From Hyaloraphidium curvatum SAG 235-1 (Eukaryota; Fungi; Monoblepharomycota), in NCBI GenBank assembly GCA_025558095.1, contig JAIVFI010000021.1, positions 434,001 to 498,000 of the forward strand: DNA of 64,000 bases. Reading direction: 5' to 3'. Positions 49,862 to 62,708 of the stretch are shown here, in pieces. Position 1 is the first letter of the stretch. The number at the start of each line of letters is the position of its first letter. The translations under genes were made by a program, and so were the position numbers. The notes under the pieces are model-generated. The model worked only from the letters and a program-made list of their open reading frames with translations. It had not been told where the DNA came from and searched no databases.

Positions 49862-51189
49862 CTAGGCCCGGACACAGGTTGGAGAAGGGAACCGGCGCGT
49901 CTCGAATCTCGCTTGCAGCTCTCCCACAAAAATCTCTCGGGATCCAATCACAGCAGATGAAGATGTGCCAGGAGAGCCGTTCCGGGCTGCCGTCACTCGG
50001 AAGCTGTTTGTTTCAACGCGCGCGATAGGACGTGTGGGCGCTGGGGTGCGGCACGCCCGTACGATAAATCGTATGGCCCGCCAGCGCGGCTTCCTGTTCT
50101 CCCCGCCCGAAATGGCAACCGCGGATCCAGCCGTCACGGCGACCACGTTGAATTCAAGATTTGCTGCATCGGCGCCGGCTACGTCGGTACGTCCCCCGTC
50201 TGCCGCTACCGCGGCGCGTCGCTCACGGGCCCGAGAGGCGGCCCGACCAGTACCGTCATTGCATATGACAGAGTTGGTCAAGGCCCCCACCCACGGCCTC
50301 TCCCAACATGCCGACGGAACGATGCCGGAGTTGCCTAGATGAGAAAGAAGCTGGATGGGTTGGATGGATGGACTCGGCTATTTTCAACCGCGCCGTACGA
50401 TGCAGTGCTCGATTAAGTTCCGGGCACGCGTTGGACGATCTTTTGCGTCACCGCGAGGGCTCCCATGCGGCGAACATTGATGCCGTCGCTGCGAAATAGA
50501 GACATCTCCCCCCAGCTTCTTTCGATTCGCTGTTCCGTGAAATGGCGCTTCCCATCAGGGAGATGAACAAATCCTGGAGAGTCAGGGAAGTGTCCCAGGA
50601 GTCAGACACCCGCGAGGAGCTGACGAGCTGGCCGCGCAGCGAATCCTGTCGCGGGCCCAATGTGCATGAGCTCCGCCAAAGTTGTTTAAGAGCTTCAGGC
50701 CCGCAGTGACCGTCTAGTACCCGCCAACAGCGACTTCACTGCTACGCAGTTCCGTCGGCATAAGTGCATGAACAAGCCCGCGTTCGCCTTGACGGGCGCC
50801 TGATCCTGGACAGCGCCAACCTGAGGACGATTGGGTTGCAAGGTCAAGGTGATTAGCCGCCCGAGTAAAGCCACAGCACGAGACGGCGGGATCCTTAAGA
50901 TACAGGGCAGTCGTGTCAGGCACATTTGCGGAGTTTCCGCGCACGGTTGGTCGAGCGCTAAACGTCACCACCACTGAAACAACTGCAGGCATAGAGACAT
51001 TACCCGCGCACGGCTTCGACCGCCGGACACATTCGAGGACTTCCGGCTCCAGCACCAGACGGGTTGGGAGTGTAGATATCTTCGAGTTTGCGGACAGCTA
51101 TCAGCGGCAGTCAGGTTCGCAATTCTCCCGCACGGTGCGTGCGAAGTTTGTACGAAAAGTGATAATAATTGAGCTGCCATGTCACCTGC

Positions 51190-52350
51190 TTACTGCGCCG
51201 CGGCCAGGTTCTTGGCCATCCTTTTGAAGCATTCTTCATAGGCCACATGCACTTCGGGTATCTCGATTCCGTATCTCCTGGCAGCTTCCACGAGCTTGTT
51301 CGTGTCCTAACGCGGCCATCAGAGGCCATCCTAAACCGCTGGGGCCCGTGCGACCTACCAGCTCGCAGTTGGACCTCCCGGCCTTGAGGATCTTTGCCTG
51401 CTCATCCACCGTAAAGTTCTTCCATTCGAAGTCCGGCCTGACGTACTTCTTGTACAGTGCGAGCACCTCGTTGTGCGAGATGGCACCCGGGTTGGTGAAA
51501 TTGTACACGCCCGTGTGCCGGTTCAGGGCCAGCGTGATCGCCACCGGGAGCAGATCCGTGAGCATCGTCATCGAGTTGGGGATGTTGACCACACGCTCGT
51601 ATTTGGAGATCTTGGTGACGAAGCTCCGCGGGCTCAGGTCGTCCGAGACGGGCATGCGCAGACGGAGGGTGAGCACGTTGTCGTACGGGGCGAGGAGCTG
51701 ATTCCGGGCGGGCAACGGTGGTCAGCCGCCGAAGGGGGGAATGGGGAGCCGAAGGGGCCCACCTTTTCCACCATGGCCTTGGTGTAGCTGTAGAACGAGC
51801 CCGAAAAGTTGGCCGGGTCCTCCTCGGTGAACGGTACCCCGTGCTCCTTGTGCACGTCGTCGTAGTGGTAAATGCAGCCTATCAAGTTGCCCGCGGGACA
51901 CATTGGCACCATTAAGCACCGGTAAGGCCGTTCGGGAGCCCGGAAAGCCCACCCGTAGCAAAGTTGGTCATGTGAACGCCCTTGAGGTAGCAGCAGTCGG
52001 CCAGGTTGAGCGTGCCGATGACGTTGGACCGGATCGTCGCCTGCTTGTTGTCCTCGCACCAGTCGACGTTGGGGCGGCCCGTCTACGCGGGTTTCGTCTG
52101 TTAGGGAGCGGGTTCCCGCCTCGGGACCAACGCGACCCACCACGCCAGCGCAGTTCAGCACGTGCGTCGGCTTCAGCCTGTCCAGCTCCGCAAGCAGCTT
52201 CTCGCGCTCTTCCATGCGGCACTCGCTGGCGTGCACCGCGTAGCCCTTTGCCTTGAGCATGTCGATGATCATGCCGCCGATCCAGCCCTTGGGGCCGACG
52301 ACGAGGAAGAGGGGCGCCGCGGCGCCGGAGGTGCTGTCAGTCGTCGCCAT
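51190..52350 (-). CDS. UER1: Bifunctional NDP-4-keto-6-deoxyglucose 3,5-epimerase/4-reductase (NDP-rhamnose synthesis)
   Basis: GPKGWIGG, KPTHVLNCAGV/TGRPNVDWCEDNK, GSFYSYTKAMVE, LRLRMPVSDDLSPRSFVTKI, GVYNFTNPGAISHNE. Confidence 0.93.
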
Positions 52351-52483
52351 GCCGAGTCTGGAGGGGGGTGCAATTTGATTCTCCGTTTGGCCAGTGTTTG
52401 GCCTGACGACGTTGTGCGGGTTCGCTGATGGGCTGGGGCGGTTGTCCCCCCTGCAGTTTTGTCACATCCGACGGCGCATCGGC

Positions 52484-53374
52484 ATGGCCCGGCGGCGCAC
52501 GCTGGCCGCGGTGGCGGCGCTTGCGGCGGTCGCGCTGCTGCTGCGGTCCCCGCGGGCGCCGCCGCCGCCCGCGCCGCGGCCGTGCGGGCCGGCGCCGGGG
52601 CCGCTGGAGCTGCCCGCCGGGCGCGGGCGCGGCGTGTTCGAGGTGACGGCGTGCGCGCCGCTCGGGCTCGCGTACGTCCACCCGTTCAAGAGCGGCGGCA
52701 CGGCGCTGCACCGCCAGCTCGCGCGCTTCTGCCGCGCCGGGGCGGGCGCCGGCCGCGACGTGTTCACGTCGGGCGCGCACGGCGGCGGCCTGCTGCCGCC
52801 CGACGCGCTCGCCGCCGCGTGCGCGTCGCCCGGCTGGACGTGCTACGCCGGCGTGCGCGACCCCGTCGACCGCTTCCTGTCGGGCTTCCACTACGCCATG
52901 GCCCTGCGCGCGGACCCCGCGCTGCGGCCGTTCCGCCTGCCGCAGGGCGCACCCCGCAGCAGCTCGATCGCCGCGCTGCTGGGCGTGCTGGCGCTGAAGG
53001 AGAACCGCACCGAGCTGGACTCGCACCTGCTGCCGCAGTCGGCCTTTCTGCCCAGGCCGGGCGCCCCGCTCGCGGCCTTCAACCTCTCGCACGCAGACGA
53101 GGCGCTGCGGCCGCTGCTGTGCCGCGCACACGCGTGCTTCTGGGCGCGGCGCGGCGCCTCGCGCGCTCCGGACTGCCCCTACGAACGGCTCGAGAGGTCG
53201 CGGAGCAAAGGCGCGCGGGACGCCCTGCGGCCGCAGTACGACATCAAGGCCTCAGAGCTGTCCCGCGGCACGATCGACAGAATAGCGGCGCTGTTTGCCG
53301 AGGACTACTGCCGTTTCAGCCTGCCGAAACATCCGTCGGCGTCGCGGGCGGTGGATTGCACTAGCCCGTCCTGA
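52484..53374 (+). CDS. Sulfotransferase family 2 (carbohydrate sulfotransferase-like), type II membrane
   Basis: Signal anchor; 5'-PSB YVHPFKSGGTAL; 3'-PB VRDPVDRFLSGF; HLLPQ; FAEDYCRF. Confidence 0.85.
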   Translation: MARRRTLAAVAALAAVALLLRSPRAPPPPAPRPCGPAPGPLELPAGRGRGVFEVTACAPLGLAYVHPFKSGGTALHRQLARFCRAGAGAGRDVFTSGAHGGGLLPPDALAAACASPGWTCYAGVRDPVDRFLSGFHYAMALRADPALRPFRLPQGAPRSSSIAALLGVLALKENRTELDSHLLPQSAFLPRPGAPLAAFNLSHADEALRPLLCRAHACFWARRGASRAPDCPYERLERSRSKGARDALRPQYDIKASELSRGTIDRIAALFAEDYCRFSLPKHPSASRAVDCTSPS

Positions 53375-53399
53375 AGCCCGCACTGGGTGGTCTGCAGTT

Positions 53400-56227
53400 C
53401 GCGTTTGCGGCCGGCAAGTCATCGTGCCCACTCTTGCGAAATGCCCCGCTTGCTCCGTGTAGCGGCGGCACTGTCACAGCTGGGAAAGAGCGTGCCGAAG
53501 TCTGGGAAACCGGAACGGTGTTTAGGCGGCTTCGTCGCCACGGATGACCACCAAGCGCACCTCGGGAAGGTCGCTGTCCGTCCTCGCTGATACTTGCCAA
53601 AGACGCCGGCGATGATGCCGCTCTGGAAATCCACGGAGAGCTGGTTCGCCCCTGCATCACCAAAGTGATGCCGTTCGACGACCTCGTGCAGAATCAGGTT
53701 CTCAATTCCCCGCTCAACTGCCCCAACCACGGCGGAAAGGCCTCTTGTTCCCAGGTTCTGGTCGCATACGGCGAGCAGTTCAGCCAGCAGGGACAGTGGC
53801 CGCGAGAGCTCCGGGGACACGTTCGCAGCCAGTGGGCCGTGCCCCGCCGGCGGCGCACCCGGGTCCTCCCCGGGCACTTCGTCGTCCGTGGCGTCGCTGT
53901 CTTCCCCCGCGTTTGCTCTTGACCAGCTGCGTCTATGCCCTCAAACGTGTGAGACTGCAGCTTCCAGGCGACGCGCACGGTCGCCCCACTTTCGCAGGTA
54001 CGGTCGGAGAGCACGAGCGACGGTGTTTGTGATGCCCCGGCCGAGAATGGAATAGAGACGGTCCGTGGCATCTTCGTACTGCGCGCCAACGCCCGAAAAG
54101 ACAGAGGCCGTGACATTGGAATGTGCCGCATGCGGTGCTTCGTTCACCAGGTGGCTCCAAAGCTCCAAGTAAGGCTGGTTTGCTACGTGAGCTCTGCGCT
54201 GAGTTGCGGAGCTGCGTGCAATCACCTACCAGACTTTCGCCCCAGTCGTGCATTGCCGACGACAGGTGCTCCAGCGAACCTATCCAGCGGCAGACGGCAG
54301 TAACTCCGGCACCGTCCAGGCGCACGGACTCTGTCGCCGAGATGGAGAACACCGGGCCCGAAAGGTTAACCAGCTCGCGGGCCTCCCGGAGCACGTCCTC
54401 GAGGTAATCCGCCAGCAATACCAGGACAACCTCGTTGACAAAATACAGGCGGTGCCGAAAGTCCGGCAAGAGAATAAAGCGGCTTGCCAAACCTTCGATC
54501 AGCAAGACGAGCTCGTCGGACGAACGCGAAGGGCGAAGCTCGTCGCTGGCAGCCTGGTCCACCGACGATGCCCGTTCCCACGCCGAGCCTTCCTGGGAGC
54601 CACGCAACGTCTGCGACAGTGCCTCCATCGCACCTGTCGGGACCGCAGTTGAGCAAGAGACCAACGGGCACACCGCACGAGAGACCTGTCTTTTCGATCC
54701 TGACCCATGCCTCAAACCAGTCCCGATCGCCGGTAAGCTGGGCACCCAGACCCTCCCAGCGAGCTTGTGACGTGCCGATGGGCCGATAGGCAAAATCGGT
54801 CCGCATGAGATCGTCGAATAGGAGGGTCTCGTGCACGTAGTGCGGGACGAGCTGCGATTGCTTCAGCAGAAGCGCCATATCGGTTCGAATACGCTCGGCG
54901 ACGGGCACAAGAAGGAAGAAAACGAATTCGTTCTCGAATGGGGGAAAGTAAGGCGGAAGTAGCCATCGACCGTTGGGCATACACACTTTGGCATCGACTC
55001 GGGCGAGCCCAGTTGCGTTCAGCATGGGCTGTACTACTTGCGTCAGGAAAGCCTTGTGTTCCCGGACCAGCTCCGCGACGTGGTGATACATCCATTCGGG
55101 CTGCCGCGAGTTCGGGATGTGAGGGAGTTGTTGCGGTCCATTGAGCTGGAGTGTCTGCACGTCACACGTAAGTCCGGCCCACCTTGTCGAGGCGGTTTGT
55201 CGGTCGCGATCCGCAGAAATGATACCGCAATCGAACTGCGAGGGGCTCGGCAAGTACACCAAGCGCCATGATCGGCTCGTGGTCAGAGTCCACTGGCAAG
55301 CTGCTGATGGTCCGAACCATGGCCCTCGGCTTTGGGACGTAGCTGCGACAGACTTCAGCGACTCATTATCGCCGTCGGTTCGCGAGCACTGACGGCCGTT
55401 GAAAAGCCAGCAGGTCCGTAAAGGAGTCCCTGAACGCGGCGTTCGCTCCATCGACGGTCTGGCCACGGGCGAGATCGCCAGCAAACTGCTGCATCTTCGT
55501 CACGGACGGCCACCCGATCTGCTGGGACGCCTGCGATAAGCGCCTGGAGAGGACGACTCATTAGGCACGTCATTTCGCGCGCGGGTGCCGTTTGATGGTG
55601 ACCTTGACAGCCGCAGCCTCAAATCATCGAAGCTCTGCGTCAGCATCCGCGACGCGGCCCTAAAGAGACGGTCGCAGCTCCCTGCCGTGTCCGCATTCGG
55701 GCCACCTATCGACAACCAGCAATCGTAAAGCGAAGCATAGCCTTGTAGGGCTTGCTTTAACAACGACGTGTCGGCACTTGTTGCGACCTTGAACCTGAGC
55801 CTACTTGTCACCGAGCCGAAGCCAAGCGAGCAGCAAGCTCGGCACCGTACCGGAGCGTCTCCAGCTGCACAGCCGTTTCCAAGAAGCTCCTCGAAGCTTT
55901 CGTGCAGAGCAGAGCCTGTTGCAGCGATCCCAGCCGTTCCGCCAAGTGGTCTGCGGCGCGCGCACCATGGTCCTCGCTGCCACGCGATTCGCGAGCCACA
56001 GAGCGCTTGTTGGTGTCTAACCGGGCGCCGTCTCCGTCGGCTCGCAGAAGGGAAGCCTCAAGACGCGTGCAAAGGGTCCTCGACGTAGCAAGTAGCGCGG
56101 CCAAGATGCCTTCGAGCGCCGACACTCGCTCCCGGCAGTTCTTGGCCGCCCCCGCGAGTCGAGCAGAAGAGCCATCGCGGTCTGGAACGCGCGCGTCCAC
56201 CACTTCCGCAAGGAGACGTGACGGCAT
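53400..56227 (-). CDS. TIP20: RINT1/TIP20 family ER tethering protein, multi-exon (3' end approximate)
   Basis: RQPEWMYHHV, HYVHETLLFDD, WFEAWVRIEK, RHRLYFVNEV, MHDWGE, FGDAGANQLSVDF. Confidence 0.8.
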
Positions 56228-56552
56228 CTCGTGCCGACCCGGCCGAGGACCCGATGACAGGGAACCGGCCGACGCGTGCCAGTACGCGTTTTGGCCAGCT
56301 CTGCCGCGTCCGGCCGTTGGCTACACAGCGGAGCCAATCATCAGTCAGGCGTCACGATCCCGTCCCAATCACCTAACCCCACCGGATGATCCGATCTCCG
56401 CAAGGGAGCCACCCCGGCCGCACAATCATTCTCTCGAGATCGCACGGGGCCGAAGGGGGCGGGATCGCATGCTATGCTGTTTCACTGTCCCTTGGGCGCG
56501 CCGAAGGCGCGGTGTCTGCAGTGGCCTTGCCCAGCAAAGGACGACAAGTGCT

Positions 56553-56811
56553 ATGGAGACACTGTCGCAGACGTTGCGTGGCTCCCCGCGAAGGCTCGGC
56601 GTGGGAACGGGCATCGTCGATGGACCGGGCTGCCAGCGACGAGCTTCGCCCTTCGCGTTCGTCCGACGAGCTCGTGTTGCTGATCGAAGGTTTGGCAAGC
56701 CGCTTTATTCTCTCGGACTTTCGGAACCGCCTCATTCGTCAACGAGGTTGTCCTGGTGTTGCTGGCGGATTACCCAGAACGTGCTCTGGGAAGCCCGCGA
56801 GCTGATCAACC
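56553..56811 (+). repeat. Inverted, decayed partial duplicate of TIP20 coding sequence (54364-54628)
   Basis: atggagacactgtcgcagacgttgcgtggctccc... is the reverse complement of 54628 leftwards, with small indels. Confidence 0.9.
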
Positions 56812-57043
56812 CGTCCTATCCATCGCTCTGGCAGAGGTGCGCATCAAAACGGTACTGGAACCTTGCTTCCGCTGATAAGGAAGCAAGGAAAATGGAATTT
56901 CGCCCGGGGTTGTTCTCTTCTCCTTCCTCTGCCTCCTTTCCCTCCTCCCCTTTCCCCTCCCCTTTCCCGCAAAAGTTTCGGTTCAAAGAAGATGGCGAGG
57001 ACGTATCCGAAGGGGAGCTGACCCTCGTGCGGAGGAAGCTGTA

Positions 57044-57215
57044 GACGACGGGAATGTAGGAATGACGGACGATGATTGGATCCGGAACCGACGATTTGGC
57101 CAAGACTTGCCGCGAGGCCAAAAAGGAAAAGTTACTTTTAGCCATCGACGACGGGAATGTAGAATGACGGATCGGAACCGACGATTTGGCCTGGACTTGT
57201 CGCGAGGCCAAAAAG
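57044..57215. repeat. Imperfect direct duplication of the tRNA-Phe 3' trailer including the T5 terminator
   Basis: 57044-57125 and 57147-57215 both read gacgacgggaatgtag...ggaaccgacgatttggcc...cgcgaggccaaaaag. Confidence 0.85.
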
Positions 57216-57222
57216 ACTAAGG

Positions 57223-57295
57223 TGGGACTTCCGTGGATTGAACACGGGACCTTAGCATCTTCAGTGCCACGCTCTCCCAACTGAGCCAAAGTCCT
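57223..57295 (-). tRNA. tRNA-Phe(GAA), intronless, A1:C72 mismatch
   Basis: AGGACTT-TG-GCTCAGTTGGGAGAGC-G-TGGCA-CTGAAGA-TGCTA-AGGTC-CCGTG-TTCAATC-CACGG-AAGTCCC-A; TTTTT downstream. Confidence 0.85.
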
Positions 57296-57382
57296 ATACC
57301 TGCGTACGAAATGAAGTATCGTACTTGAAGTCCGATGTATCGTACTTCAAGTCCGATACCTGAATGCGTATTGTCGGCCAAA

Positions 57383-57434
57383 AGTTGGGAGAGCGTTAGA
57401 CTGAAGAAGTACTCTGAGGTCATCTACAGGTCCC
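57383..57434 (+). pseudogene. Internal fragment of a different, intron-containing tRNA-Phe(GAA)
   Basis: AGTTGGGAGAGCGTTAGACTGAAG[AAGTACTCTGAGGTC]ATCTACAGGTCCC; acceptor stem and T-loop absent. Confidence 0.75.
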
Positions 57435-58915
57435 GATTTGTTGGCCCTGGGCGCGAATAGCAATCCTCAACGCTGCTTGCTAGTGTGGAGGACGCGAAAG
57501 TGCTTCGCAGCAGGCTGTGCAGCACGGACTCGTGAGGTTGGGGTAGGCGCGCCCGATACGGAAGTATCGGGTCGCTACCTCGCGTCGGAGCCACCTTGAT
57601 TCGCATAGCGAGCTTGATCTGGTGTCCTGTCAACGAAAGGTTGCTGTGTGCGCCGGCTCTTGGCCAGATCTTCTCCGACGAAGGCCTGGCCGCCCCCCTG
57701 ACCGCATTTGGAACGCTCATTCAGTTTCGTCTTTCCTCTACTGCTTTCCAGTTGATTCGCTGGCCAGCGCGACGTTGTCCGGAAATGGAGGTTGGCGAGC
57801 AGCTTTTCAAACCAAGCCCGTGGAAGTTCCAGATCTAGTCCCCAGTGCGCCGCTGCCCCTCAGGCTGCTGACTCCGAGGTAACCGTCCGCGCGAGAGGTT
57901 CAGGCGGGGCATGGGTGCGACGAACACGCGACTCGGCACGGTGCTCGAGGTGGTGCTTTGTGGCGATGCTTCGCCTCATTTTCCCTCCTCCTCGGCGCCT
58001 GCCTGGCGTTTGGAAGTCTTCGGATCTTTGAAAGGCAAAGGTTCTGAGCGACGGAGGCGGTTGGGGAGGGCGGAAGCGCCGGGCGCCCGACAGCTTGAGG
58101 TCCGCGTCCAGCCCACGTCCCAGCTGCCTCCTCTTCCTGCATCGCACCTCCTAGCGTTCGGGAGGTTTCGTAACCTCCGGAACTCTGATTCTGAGCTCTG
58201 AGGAGGGGCTGAAGAGGACGGGAAGAGCCCGGAGAACGGTTTTGTTTGATTGTGAGTCGACGTACCTGACATTCTGAGGCTCTGAGGACCTCGTACAGTC
58301 TGACCTGCCTCCATGCCGGGAGAACGAAACCGGCATGCAGCATCCCAGGTATGCACGAGGCCAAGTCAGTATTGGAAGAAGCGAAGAAGCTGCTGGCAGG
58401 TGTGGATGGCGTACTTGATGCTTGATGGATCGGTCCAGAGAGCTCTGATCTGCTTCAGCTAGACAAATCATCGACTTCACATTCTGGCCGGTCACGTTCA
58501 TGATTTTATGATTGCTTTTTGGCCTCAAAATGGTGTAAGAACCGCCTGAATCCGGGTTTCAGGAAGTACCCCCTGCGAGACTAACCGCATCACCCCTGCG
58601 AGCAGTATGCAGCAGGATGTCGAACGGGACTATTTACAAGGTCAGTCCCCCCAGGTTATGCAGTCGAACCAAAAGGTTCATTCTTTTGCTTACAAATGTG
58701 CACTCGGTCTCTTCCGAGGAGACGAAGTGCACATTTGTAAGCAGCAAATACTTAAGAATTTTACCATACACAACAGAAAATTCTAATCAATTCAGCGCAA
58801 GACCAGATTCAGCGCCAGCAGCTCCCCAGTTCTCTCTATCATTCATCTTGTGGTTCTAGATATCATAGCTGGAATAGATCTCTACATCTGCCTGTTTGTG
58901 GGAAACATTGCATCA

Positions 58916-60298
58916 TCAGATCTCACGAAGCCCTCCTAGCTTCTTCCACCGGGCTTCCAGTGCCAACCAGCTCCTTACCCAGTCGCAGATGTTCAGGGGA
59001 TCGGCCTTAGGCCCGGTTCCAGCATCCTGGACCAAATTCCCCTCTGAGGCACGCCCAACGCTTTCAAGAAAGCCCCGGATGCCGTGGGGAGCTTTGAGCG
59101 GCTCCCGTGCCGATCTAAGCAGCTGTTCAAACGCTGGGCCTGATTTGTATTCCGATCCAAGGCGAACCACTTCCATGGCGCAGGGGGAGAAAATGATGGT
59201 GTGAAATACTCCCAGCAAGAGCAGAAAATCATCCTTGCTGTGGTTGTCGCCCAGCAAGTCCAGTGGGCGGCCCGCAATGCGCCCGCAACCTCCCAGGCCG
59301 CCCCCATTATGCGGTTCCCAAACACTGTCTGCAGCCTGATGGACTCCAAGTCCCCGCCGGGCATGGCGGATCTAAATACCTCCGAGTGCCACCTGGAGCC
59401 GTTGGCATCGATGAAAAAGTGCCTCTTTGACTTGTGGGGGATCTTCAACACCGTGCTCATGTCCTTTGGCCTCATGGGGTCCGCCTCTAAGACTTTGGAA
59501 ACGTACTGCCCGACACCCCCCTGACTAATAACACCGGGATTCATCAGCAGATTGTGCAGGAAGTACTCTGGCAACTTCATCTGCCTGGACAGGGCAGCAT
59601 AGTTAGCTTGAAGCATCCAACATGATGAGCTACAGGGACGGAAGTTGAGCGTCCAAACTGCTGCTGAGCGCGCGACCCACGCACCGGATGGCCATAAACA
59701 CCCTGGTGACATTGGAATGTGCGATCAACTCTGCGGCTGCAATGGTGCCGTCTTTGATTGCCGCAGAGCCTGCCCGCATTCCCATTGCACCTGCTCCCTC
59801 TGCTGCTGTCCTGAACACCTCTTGATCTACAACCCCAGGTTCTCTCATGACCCTCTTCATGTTCTCGGGCAAATCTTCCGGCTTTTGGGTCATCAGCGCC
59901 TCAAGATAGGATGCCAAACCATGAGCAAAAGCGCCGCCGGCCTTGGCAGCCAAGGCGGCTACGGCCCCGGAGGGGGCCTTCCTGCCGCCGGCGGCTGCTG
60001 ATTTGTCTTCCTGGGCAGGTAAGCCGCCGAGAACATTTCCAAGAGACTCAAGAAGCGCAACAGAAGAGCCCCGAATTGCATTCCCCGGCACGAGTTGGCT
60101 TTCGCCGGAGCTTCCGGTCTCCGTTTTGGGGCCGGCAAGTCCGGGTTCGTTTGAAGGGGCGTGAGAAACTCGAAGCCTTTTGGATTCCTTGCTCTCCGAG
60201 TCTTTCAGTTCAAGATCCCGTGCACCCCGCTTCAGCGGGCTCGATTGGGTTGAAGAGGAGGCTGAGGAGCGTAACACGCGTGCTGGGACATCCGGCAA
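58916..60298 (-). pseudogene. Orphan ORF series (59630-60298, 58993-59712, 58916-59257), probably one disrupted or spliced gene
   Basis: Consecutive same-strand protein-like ORFs; no recognisable domain. Confidence 0.35.
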
Positions 60299-60943
60299 AC
60301 CAATGATTCTCCTTCAGCAGCATCCACTACCATTAAGTCAGGGGGGAGTTCCACAGCACGGCGACGGCTAGGCGTAACTGGAGGCGATTTCTCGTGAATT
60401 GATTAGACTAACGTACATATGGTGGAGATAATCTAATAGGACCGACCATCCGACGGTTTGAGCTGAATAGGCAACGCGGCTGCAATCCCTTGGACCCTTT
60501 GGAGGACTGCCCAAAAGTTAATTATAGATTTTTTTACAAGCCAGATGGCTCAATGAACTGTTCCAAACGCAATGGCGTCGTCGAACGAGCCCGTTTAAGT
60601 TGATTATGGGAGGTACGAGGAGGCAGTTTAGCGTTGTTTCACCACATAAACAAGGTCATGTGAGCTGAAGCCCACGGAGCCCTTCATCAATCTCTGTCTC
60701 CTCTGTCGACTTTGTCCTGCGACGATGCCCGAGTTCGAGCAGATTCTTACCATGTTTCTTATTTTTGCTTTGATGGGGATATGTCCCGAGGAAAACACCG
60801 AGCTCCACGTCGACGCCGAGGGTCACTTCAGCATTCACAGGGGCTCTGGTGGCGATGGAGGTAATGTTCTTTAGCGCCTGGTACCGTGGAATCGTTGCTC
60901 AATTTGCTATGTTGGTTTTTTCTGTTCAGGACCATCGAGACCA

Positions 60944-62708
60944 GTGAGCTCTATACCCGGAATCAAGGACTTTGCAACGGCGCTCTACGAGTTTCTGGAC
61001 AAAGATTGCTTGATTCCCGATCTATTGGCGCAGGTGGCCGCATGTGCCGCGAAAATCAGGCTCGCTGGCGGATTGGCCTCGCAGCTCTCCGGCTTCAAAG
61101 CGGCCCTCGACCGCAAGAAATCCAACAACAAAGGGGCAGTCGAGTTTCTGAATGGCGCTTACAAACGATGCAAAGAGGATTTGGAGGATCTGGTCCGCGG
61201 TTTGGACGAGGCGGTCGGAAAAATCCTGGATGAAGGAGACTTGGGAAATAAGCCCGCACTCTTTGCGGCGCATGTTGCCAGCCTGCTCCAGGGGCACGTG
61301 CAGGAGGAGCTGCGCCCGAACCTCGTTTTGGCCAGGGTCCTGATCGAGGGGGAATGGAAACCCGTGTTTCTCCGCCGTTTTGTTGCCGGCACTTCAGTCA
61401 AAAACGAGAAGAAGAGGCGCCAGGATGAGGATGGTGGCGGTGGGGACGGAGAGGCCGAGGATGGCGGGGACGGCGTTGCTGGCGATGATTATGCCGGCCG
61501 TTGGGACGACGATGACATGCTGCCGGACGCACCGCATGATGTGCGCTCGGAGATGAAGCGCGTGGAACGCCAATTCCTTTCCATACCTGCCAGGTTGGGG
61601 CGCCAAATAGTGCGCGCGCGTGACGCCGGTGCCACGATCCCAGACGTGATTCTGAAAAGGGTGAAGGAGCCCGGTGGAAATTGGAAGCAGGGCGCCGAAC
61701 TCACGGAGGCCCTGGCCGGCTTGAGCGCAGCGGTTGCTCACAAGTACCTCTGCACGGAGAGCATGATTGCCCTAAAGCCGCTGGTTCCTGGGGTTGGAGA
61801 CCCTCTGAAGCCGAGTGATCTGAAGCGGCCCAGAGATGATTCCCTCCATCACGATGCGGTGAAGGAACTCGGCGCCAAGGAGGCCCGCGAACTGTGGGAG
61901 CGGACCCTGGAAGGACACTCTGTAATCCTCAATACGGACCCGGAGATCGAGGGAACATTGCCGGGCGTTCCGTTCGCCGTCCTGCTCGACAGGAACAATT
62001 TCGGCCCGCTGGTGAGAGGCGAGCTGACCAAGACGAACCTTAGAATGCTCATTGTACTGCAGAGCAAGGGCGTGGGTAGACCTTCTCCGGGATTTTGCCG
62101 CCTTTTGCGCCGAAGATCTGATTTTCGCTCTCCTATTCTAGCTCAAGGTCCCTCCGCAATTGCCCGTGGTCTGGCGAGTCTTGGGCAACGTCAGGATCCG
62201 TGTCATTCCAATGGGCAAGGGAATCCAGGTCGAGTACATGTTTGATCCGCCCTTCGACCCCGCGGAAGACCTGGGCTCGTTGAAGTACCAGATCGGCTTG
62301 CCTCCCCGTGACGGTCGCGAAGAACAGCTCCGCGTCTTTGTGGATTATGGAATGTCGTCAAAAACGTTGTTTCAACGTAACTATCCCAATCATCGTTGGA
62401 ACCAATCATCACTTATCATTGACATAGGCACGAACCAGTTACAGGCATGCGGCCTACAGGTCAGCGAACACGTCCTCAAGGGTCAGGCCCTTCACAGCAT
62501 CACTGTCCAGGTCAGCAGCATCGACGATGAGCCGGATCTGCCTCAGCATGTTGTCGCGCTGCTTGGTCGAGCCCGCCTTGCTCGTGTGCCAGGAGTTGAG
62601 CGCAGCTACAGCATGCAAAGGGGTGGCCTCGAAGAAGATTGCGCAGTGCGTGTGCCTGAGAGAGTTGCACTCCTTTCCCCCAGTGGTGCCGCTGACTGCT
62701 CGCCCTGA
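60944..62708 (+). CDS. Orphan protein (helical N-terminus, acidic/Gly linker); probable intron ~62077-62140
   Basis: 433-aa ORF continuing into the 62160-62708 frame; no recognisable domain; start not defined. Confidence 0.4.
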
